A DNA stretch of 8,115 nt, from sequence record DRR723986_232568; one strand, written 5' to 3'. The stretch's first letter is position 1. Each line of letters begins with the position of its first letter. The notes beneath the pieces are model-generated. The model made no database searches. It saw nothing but the letters and a program-made list of their open reading frames with translations, and was not told the origin of the DNA. Below, piece by piece: positions 1-5,525 of the stretch. Position numbers and translations under genes: made by a program.

Positions 1-30
1 CACCTGATTATGAGTCAGGTGCTCTAACCA
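1..30 (-). repeat. att site: tRNA(CAT) fragment from D-loop to anticodon arm, lacking the tRNA 5' end; continues left of the window
   Basis: Reverse complement is TGGTTAGAGCA-CCTGA-CTCATAA-TCAGG-TG. tRNA-like sequence stops at 30: the + strand continues cgcaaaac instead of the expected D-stem complement (..tgagcta). CACCTGA (1-7) and TCAGGTG (15-21) form a perfect inverted repeat around a 7-bp spacer. Confidence 0.88.
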
Positions 31-78
31 CGCAAAACACCCATTATACTTCACTTTCAAGGACATTAGAAAGTTTAA

Positions 79-98
79 TCTGCCAAATGTCTGTCAAA
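79..98 (+). repeat. Two tandem 11-bp TCTGYCAAATG units; putative integrase arm-type binding sites (left)
   Basis: tctgccaaatg (79-89) and tctgtcaaa (90-98). The same motif occurs three times at 7915-7945. Confidence 0.8.
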
Positions 99-1160
99 AT
101 GAAAGTATCTTACCCTAAAGTAAAGCAAGACTCTAACCAAAGAGTTTTTATTGATTTCACACATAATAACAAACGCTACAGGTTGTTTAATGGTGATAAA
201 ATCAACTCAAGTATTCAGCCTAACTCATACCCTTTAGACCAACGTTTAGAGATAGGTCATTTATTAGCTGCTGAGGTTTACAAGTTCCTTAATAGTGGAA
301 TGTGTATTAAACAACTTCAAAGGTCCAAACTAATGAAGCCTAATATGAGTGATGTAGGTTATCTAAAAGTAGCTTTAGAGCAAAAACTAAAAGGTAACTA
401 CTCCCTTAAATACAAAGAAACATTATCCTTTGTTTGTGATGGTTTATTAAGTGTTTTAAAAGACCAAACAATTAACTCTAACGACATCAAAAGAATGTTA
501 GATAAATACACCTCAGGAGTATCTTACAACACTCTTAAAAGACACTTAAATGTGTTGCTTAATGAAGCGGTTAGTTTAGGTATGAGCTCTAACCCAATGT
601 TAGAAATTAAGTCTAAGAAGACTAAAGCCAAACTCCATAAACCCTTTGATAATTTGGCTGAGGTATTAGATGAGATTAAGCATTACAACAATAATTTGTA
701 TTTATGCTGTTTACTTACTTATGGGTGTTTACTAAGACCTCATCGTGAAGTTAGAGAACTCACTTGGGGAGACTTCTCAGAAGACCTAAGTTTTATAAAT
801 CTATCAGGACATAGAAACAAATCAGGCAAGAATAGAATCGTTCCTGTACCTTCTTTTATCAAAGACTTGTTAGATGCTAAAGACAAGCATTTAAACATCT
901 TTACAGGGCGTATAACACCACCAAATAAAGACTACTTTAAAACACTTTGGGGTAGGTATAAAAAGAGTTCTAAGGTGTTAAAACAAGACCAAACATTATA
1001 CTCTTTTAGACACTCAGGAGCTATAGACATTTTTAAAAGAACAGGCTCTATAACTAAGCTGCAAAAAGCTATGGGACATTCTAATATTACGGTGAGTTTA
1101 ACCTATCTAAGAGGGCTTGAGATAGCGGAACTAAAAGAGGCTGATATGCCGAGTTTATAA
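99..1160 (+). CDS. int: Tyrosine recombinase / integrase (ORF is open from 87; ATG at 99 preferred)
   Basis: Catalytic motifs LLRPHRE (R), NKSG (K), YSFRH (HxxR with Y for the first H), MGHSN (H) and TYL (Y). The N-terminal RVFIDFTHNNKRYRL resembles an arm-binding beta-sheet domain. It is adjacent to the tRNA att site. The ATG at 99 has A at -3, as is usual for Bacteroidota starts. Confidence 0.95.
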   Translation: MKVSYPKVKQDSNQRVFIDFTHNNKRYRLFNGDKINSSIQPNSYPLDQRLEIGHLLAAEVYKFLNSGMCIKQLQRSKLMKPNMSDVGYLKVALEQKLKGNYSLKYKETLSFVCDGLLSVLKDQTINSNDIKRMLDKYTSGVSYNTLKRHLNVLLNEAVSLGMSSNPMLEIKSKKTKAKLHKPFDNLAEVLDEIKHYNNNLYLCCLLTYGCLLRPHREVRELTWGDFSEDLSFINLSGHRNKSGKNRIVPVPSFIKDLLDAKDKHLNIFTGRITPPNKDYFKTLWGRYKKSSKVLKQDQTLYSFRHSGAIDIFKRTGSITKLQKAMGHSNITVSLTYLRGLEIAELKEADMPSL

Positions 1161-1280
1161 TGTGGTTAGTTAATGTAAAATGAAGGTTAACATCAAGTAA
1201 CATAACGAAGCCTTGATTTCAATCACAATGAGTTTATTTTTTTACTATCTTCATAACTCACTAACCAACAATTATTTACA

Positions 1281-2061
1281 ATGAAAAATTTAGTTTTTGC
1301 TTTTGCCCTTTTGTGTAGTACAAGTTTAGTAGCACAGTTTTTTCCCAATCAAAATAGTTCAGGAATACAATCGATAAGTAATAATGCAAGTGGGGACAGG
1401 TCAACTGCTATGGGAAATGTTACAGAAGCAAGTGGATATGTGTCAACCGCTATGGGTGTTTCAACTACAGCAAGTGGAGATTTTGCAACTGCTATGGGTT
1501 TACGAACTAAAGCACAAGATTTCGCAGCTACAGCAATTGGAACCTACAACATTGACGAAACACCAAATCCAACCGGTTTCTCTTTGCAAAATTCAGCCTT
1601 TGTCATTGGTAACGGGGGTTATGATAGCCAAGGCAATTGGTTAGGGGGTGCAGATGAAACTCGCTCAAACGCCTTCGAAGTCTTGTTTGACGGCACTACC
1701 ACAATTGCAGGAGACCTCAACATAAACTCAGATGCCCGTTTAAAAGCCAACATCATTTCTTTAGGAGCTACCCCTATCTAAACTGTTACAAATAGACGGT
1801 AAAACCTATACAATGAAGAAAGATGCTAATCATAAAAAGAAGGTTGGACTGTTAGCCCAAGACATTGAAAAGGTATTTCCTGAGTTGGTTACAGAAACTA
1901 ACGATATCAAGTCTGTAAACTACCAAGGGTTAGTGCCTGTGCTTATCAATGCAATGAAGGAACAGGATGCTATCAATAAACAACAAGAAGATAAACTTAA
2001 CAAACAGCAACAGGAAATAGATGAGTTAAAGGCTATGGTTAAGGCTTTAGCTAAGGGTTAA
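1281..2061 (+). pseudogene. Secreted fibre/adhesin-like protein (signal peptide, YadA-head-like repeats, peptidase S74 intramolecular chaperone, coiled coil), split by a single-base frameshift at C4 1771-1774
   Basis: ORF 1281-1781 has MKNLVFAFALLCSTSLVA|Q, ASGxxSTAMG repeats and NSDARLK. Removing one C gives ..LGATLSKLLQIDGKTYTMKKD.., which continues into ORF 1813-2061 (GLLAQDIEKVFPELV, SVNYQGLVPVLINAMKEQ), for 259 aa in total. A sequencing error is possible. Confidence 0.88.
1380..1547 (+). repeat. 42-bp (14-aa) coding tandem repeat, about 4 units
   Basis: GCAAGTGG at 1386, 1428 and 1470; GCTATGGG at 1407, 1449 and 1491; the fourth unit is degenerate (AQDFAATAIG). Confidence 0.9.
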
Positions 2062-2086
2062 GAATAGCAGAACTTAAAGAAAATAT

Positions 2087-3550
2087 CTATTTTACCTTAA
2101 TCAGTACAACATACTTAGAAATCTCTTTTATTTGCTCAGTAAGTGATAAAGTTTGTAGTTTAGTACTAGATGGTAAGTCTATACTTTTGGGAAGTACATC
2201 AATTAAGTTCAATACATAGCTTGATTTTATTGTATAACCAACATTATCTGCTATATCAGACCGAAGTTTTGAAGAGTTAATTCCAAGAAGATTGCCTTTA
2301 TCATCAAATAAAGGGCCTCCACTATTTCCTCCTTGGATTGGAGCAGTAATTTGATAAGTGGTAATATCCCCATCATATCCTGACTTAGAACTTATAATAC
2401 CGTCAGTAATTTTAATCTCTTTACCCATTAAGGATAGTGCCATAGGATACCCATAGGCATAAACTTTTGTCCCTACGTCAGAAGAACGTGTTTTAAAATT
2501 GTATGGCAAATTGTCAAGACCATCGAAATTCATATCAAATATTTTGATAATCGCTAAGTCGTTTACCTTATCGGATTGTACAATCTCAGCATTAAACTTT
2601 TGCACCTCTCCATCAACAATAAACTCTACTTCAATATCATCCGCGTCCTCAATTACGTGATGGTTTGTAACAATATATCCTGATTTAGATATGATTATTC
2701 CTGAACCATTTCCTGCCCATTCTCCGGACTTGGCCCTCCTTTTTTCGCTTAATTTCGGATAAACTTTATAAAGTATTGAATTACCTAATAATTCAAATTC
2801 TATTAATGCGTTATTTTTAACTGTACCTACTGCCTTTCTCTTGGAACGTTTATTGCCCATAGTCCAATTAACAGTAACTATCTCATCTGATGCGGCAGTT
2901 TCAAAAACTGCTTTTACTTCACCGGGTTTCCATCCTCCACTTCCTTCCAAAATGTATCCGATGAACTTATAATCATCTTTAACAATTGCAAGTTTATAAT
3001 CGCTATTATCCGATGATTTGTATTCCCAAATCCCTTCAAAAAGTTCAGTCCCGTTTTCATCAAAATAATCTCTTATACTTTTTTCTGAAGAAAAATTTAG
3101 TTCTGCACTTAGTTCAGTCTCAATTATTTGATTGGAGGTTGTCTCTGAGTTATATTTGTACTTGTGTGAAAGCATTTCCTTCATCGCCTTTTTTAATGCT
3201 ATACCAGATGAAAGAGCCCCCCTCCAACTGCTTTTATAAAAAGTTTGACCATCACTGGTTTGCAGATAAAAGTTTGCATCACAAGAAGTATAACCACAAG
3301 CCTCTTCTGAACTAACATATAATGCAAGGTCTGGGTTTTGCTCTAGGTCATCAGGGAAATCATCATTAACGTCTAAAGTGTTATACCCAGCTCTTTTTAA
3401 TTCTCTCAGAATTATTTTCTTACTATTTTTGTATGAAGTAGTTTCTACAACGAAATATTTGTAATTATCTACACCAGACCTTTTGAATGATTTTGATTGA
3501 CAAAAACCGATTAATGGCAAAACCAACAATAATAGAAGTAATTTTTTCAT
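2087..3550 (-). CDS. Secreted trypsin-like (S1C/HtrA-type, no PDZ) serine protease with N-terminal domains of unknown function
   Basis: Signal peptide MKKLLLLLLVLPLIGFC|Q; GSGIII..GYIVTNHHVI (His), DLAIIK (Asp) and GGNSGGPL (Ser). Confidence 0.92.
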   Translation of the reverse strand: MKKLLLLLLVLPLIGFCQSKSFKRSGVDNYKYFVVETTSYKNSKKIILRELKRAGYNTLDVNDDFPDDLEQNPDLALYVSSEEACGYTSCDANFYLQTSDGQTFYKSSWRGALSSGIALKKAMKEMLSHKYKYNSETTSNQIIETELSAELNFSSEKSIRDYFDENGTELFEGIWEYKSSDNSDYKLAIVKDDYKFIGYILEGSGGWKPGEVKAVFETAASDEIVTVNWTMGNKRSKRKAVGTVKNNALIEFELLGNSILYKVYPKLSEKRRAKSGEWAGNGSGIIISKSGYIVTNHHVIEDADDIEVEFIVDGEVQKFNAEIVQSDKVNDLAIIKIFDMNFDGLDNLPYNFKTRSSDVGTKVYAYGYPMALSLMGKEIKITDGIISSKSGYDGDITTYQITAPIQGGNSGGPLFDDKGNLLGINSSKLRSDIADNVGYTIKSSYVLNLIDVLPKSIDLPSSTKLQTLSLTEQIKEISKYVVLIKVK

Positions 3551-3589
3551 AGTATGTAAGAAGTAAATTTTTTTGGTTTTAATTGGATG

Positions 3590-3617
3590 CTAATATAACA
3601 AAAACGATAAAAATCAA
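3590..3617 (-). promoter_or_regulatory. Putative Bacteroidota sigma-A promoter for the protease gene
   Basis: Minus strand TTG-N17-TATATTAG, near the TTG / TAnnTTTG consensus, about 40 nt upstream of the ATG. Confidence 0.5.
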
Positions 3618-3644
3618 TTAAATAGTAAAGTACAATTATTTACT

Positions 3645-3890
3645 ATGGCATTTAGAGGAACTATAAATACTAATGGCAGACCAAAGGGAAGCCAAAACAA
3701 GAACACTAAGCTAATTAAAGATACTCTTGCAGAGTTATTAGAAAACAACACAGAAGAGCTCTTAAAACGTATTAATAACCTCAGCAATAAAGACTATGTT
3801 AAGTTTCATATTGATATAGCTAAAATGCTGTTACCAAAACCTACTAAAGTAAAAGTTACTATGGATGAAGTTCCTATTATACAACTGTAA
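3645..3890 (+). CDS. Small protein with GRPKGSxNK motif; terminase small subunit-like / DUF5681-like
   Basis: The N-terminal NTNGRPKGSQNKNT is followed by predicted amphipathic helices and LLPK. This layout resembles small phage packaging-locus DNA-binding proteins. The function is inferred. Confidence 0.65.
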   Translation: MAFRGTINTNGRPKGSQNKNTKLIKDTLAELLENNTEELLKRINNLSNKDYVKFHIDIAKMLLPKPTKVKVTMDEVPIIQL

Positions 3891-3935
3891 TTCGTACCAA
3901 TCGTACAGTTATATTGTTAGTACGAAGTACGATTT
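3889..3935. repeat. Palindromic TCGTAC repeat cluster A
   Basis: TCGTAC at 3892 and 3901, then inverted GTACGA at 3920 and 3927, around an AT-rich 13-bp centre. Confidence 0.85.
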
Positions 3936-4050
3936 ATTTATACAAAAATTATGTAACTATTTGACGTAGAATGAAAATAGATGAGGTTTAATAATCAAAA
4001 GCCTTAAAATCAATCAAAATCGAAATCTTTTATATCAGTATCACTTCTAA

Positions 4051-4416
4051 TTAATAATAACCTTTACCCATAACACAGTGCCTTACACCCCCTCTTGGGT
4101 TTTCTACATCTCCCTTAAATCTTGGTATTAAATGACAATGAAAGTGCATTACAGTTTGTCCTGAAACCTCTCCACAATTCATTCCAATATTATACCCCTC
4201 AGGAGTAACTTCCTTTTCGATAATTTCTTTTGCTTTATTAATCATCTTTGGAAGTTCAATTTGTTCTTCATCTGTCAATGAGAAATAATCCTCTCTTAAC
4301 TCATTAGAGATAATTAGTAAATGATTCTTTGATACAGGATAAGCATCGTAAATCATAAAAAAACACTTACCTCTATAAATAATTCTATCTTCAGGGATGG
4401 TTAAAAATACACTCAT
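4051..4416 (-). CDS. HIT-family (histidine triad) nucleotide hydrolase
   Basis: DAYPVSKNHLLII, GYNIGMNCGEVSGQTVMHFHCHLIPR (HxHxH) and GDVENPRGGVR. The start codon overlaps the upstream stop (TAATG). Confidence 0.95.
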   Translation of the reverse strand: MSVFLTIPEDRIIYRGKCFFMIYDAYPVSKNHLLIISNELREDYFSLTDEEQIELPKMINKAKEIIEKEVTPEGYNIGMNCGEVSGQTVMHFHCHLIPRFKGDVENPRGGVRHCVMGKGYY

Positions 4417-5441
4417 TAAAATGTTCCTATTAGTTCTATGTTAGGCTTCCACGTTTGTATGGAATTTTCTATTGCTAAGTTATAATGTTTCTCCAAAAAC
4501 CTCTTGCGTTTTTCTTTGGTTAAACCTGTCTGATTAACGATTGTTTCAGCTAATGGATGTTTGCTACTAATGTAAAATTCGTTTCTATTAAATAACCTTT
4601 CTAAAAAACGTTTTTCAGGGACTCTTGCGCTCTTTTGTCTGTTTACACTACTATCAGCTAAAACAAGATTCCAAACACCATTAATATTAGCTCCATTTTG
4701 AGAATGAATTACCTTATTAGTATGAGGCAAGAAATGGTCTACATCACAGATGTTTTGACTGTTTGAGTTTATAGAAATGTCTTGGAAACTGTAAAAGCAT
4801 TTACCCTTTTGATAACCATTTAAAGCATCTTTAACAGAGGTTACATCTTTTCTCTTCATCATATCACTTTCAATGAAAAACAAAGCGTTTTGCTCATCAT
4901 ACTTAACCTCTAATAAGTTAGGATTTATATTAAGATTCCAAGCTGTTTCAACTAAGTTCCATCGAGCTTCAACCTCTTGTTCAAAATTTTGAAAATGGAA
5001 GTTTTCTTTGAGTTTTAGTAACTCATCAGTTATTACAATTTCCTTTTTTCTACCAACATAATCTTTATGGTAAAAGGGATTAGGTATTTCTCCACCATTA
5101 ATATTTTGGAAAGCATCTACAACATTTACAAAACCATATCGTTCTGTTAATTTCAATAACTCTTGGTAATCTAATTCATCGGACAGATAAGACCTACAAC
5201 CATTTAAAAAAGTACTTGACTTTGAATTACCTTGTTTATCATTCTCTTTCAAATGATTTAGAATGTTTCTTGAAAATGGGTCTGCTAAATCTTTTAAACT
5301 AATTCTTGTAGTTTCTTTATTTGCTAACTCAAGAAGACTTTTAGCAAAAGCAAACTTATAAGTAGCTGAGTTTTTACCAAATAAGATAATAGCTCTCCAT
5401 TGAGATTCAAGACTTGGGTCGTTTAATTGGAAATTGGTCAT
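4416..5441 (-). CDS. HNH endonuclease domain protein (ATG at 5441 preferred over TTG at 5447)
   Basis: The C-terminal half has KCFY..DVDHFLPH..WNLVLA....N.QKS (beta-beta-alpha metal fold pattern). The N-terminal region contains NSATYKFAFAKSLLEL. Confidence 0.85.
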   Translation of the reverse strand: MTNFQLNDPSLESQWRAIILFGKNSATYKFAFAKSLLELANKETTRISLKDLADPFSRNILNHLKENDKQGNSKSSTFLNGCRSYLSDELDYQELLKLTERYGFVNVVDAFQNINGGEIPNPFYHKDYVGRKKEIVITDELLKLKENFHFQNFEQEVEARWNLVETAWNLNINPNLLEVKYDEQNALFFIESDMMKRKDVTSVKDALNGYQKGKCFYSFQDISINSNSQNICDVDHFLPHTNKVIHSQNGANINGVWNLVLADSSVNRQKSARVPEKRFLERLFNRNEFYISSKHPLAETIVNQTGLTKEKRKRFLEKHYNLAIENSIQTWKPNIELIGTF

Positions 5442-5444
5442 AGT

Positions 5445-5452
5445 CAAATATA
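5445..5452 (-). promoter_or_regulatory. Bacteroidota -7 promoter element TATATTTG directly before the HNH start codon
   Basis: The minus strand reads TATATTTG-ACT-ATG, an exact TAnnTTTG match. There is no well-spaced -33 TTG. Confidence 0.6.
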
Positions 5453-5464
5453 AATTATTAATAC

Positions 5465-5518
5465 AATTCGTACCACTCGAACCTTCGTATAAAGAACGAA
5501 TGGTACGATTTTGTACTA
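5465..5518. repeat. Palindromic TCGTAC repeat cluster B (putative iterons/ori downstream of the rep-like gene)
   Basis: TCGTAC 5468, TCGAAC 5477 and TCGTAT 5485, then inverted GAACGA 5494, GTACGA 5503 and GTACTA 5513. tcgtaccactcg pairs with cgaatggtacga (11/12). AATTCGTACCA and GTACGATTT are shared with cluster A. Confidence 0.85.
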
Positions 5519-5525
5519 TCTTCCA

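Noticed and set aside
131-139. CTCTAACCA inside int, identical to 22-30 of the att site
   Set aside because: A 9-bp match in coding sequence without the core inverted repeat; compatible with chance.
1380-1547. Regularly spaced repeats as a possible CRISPR or DGR-like array
   Set aside because: Units are in-frame coding repeats without a repeat-spacer structure, and there is no cas or reverse transcriptase gene.
1384-1644. 86-aa ORF with periodic Q..LLW pattern
   Set aside because: Alternative frame inside the fibre gene; the periodicity is a by-product of the 42-bp repeat.
1813-2061. 82-aa ORF as an independent gene
   Set aside because: It is the C-terminal part of the S74 domain and joins the upstream ORF after a one-base correction.
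2986-3315. 109-aa + strand ORF
   Set aside because: Antisense to the well-supported protease gene, with no recognisable motifs.
3993-4027. Several AATC(AA) units resembling IHF sites
   Set aside because: They do not fit WATCAAnnnnTTR, and such short matches are expected in AT-rich DNA.
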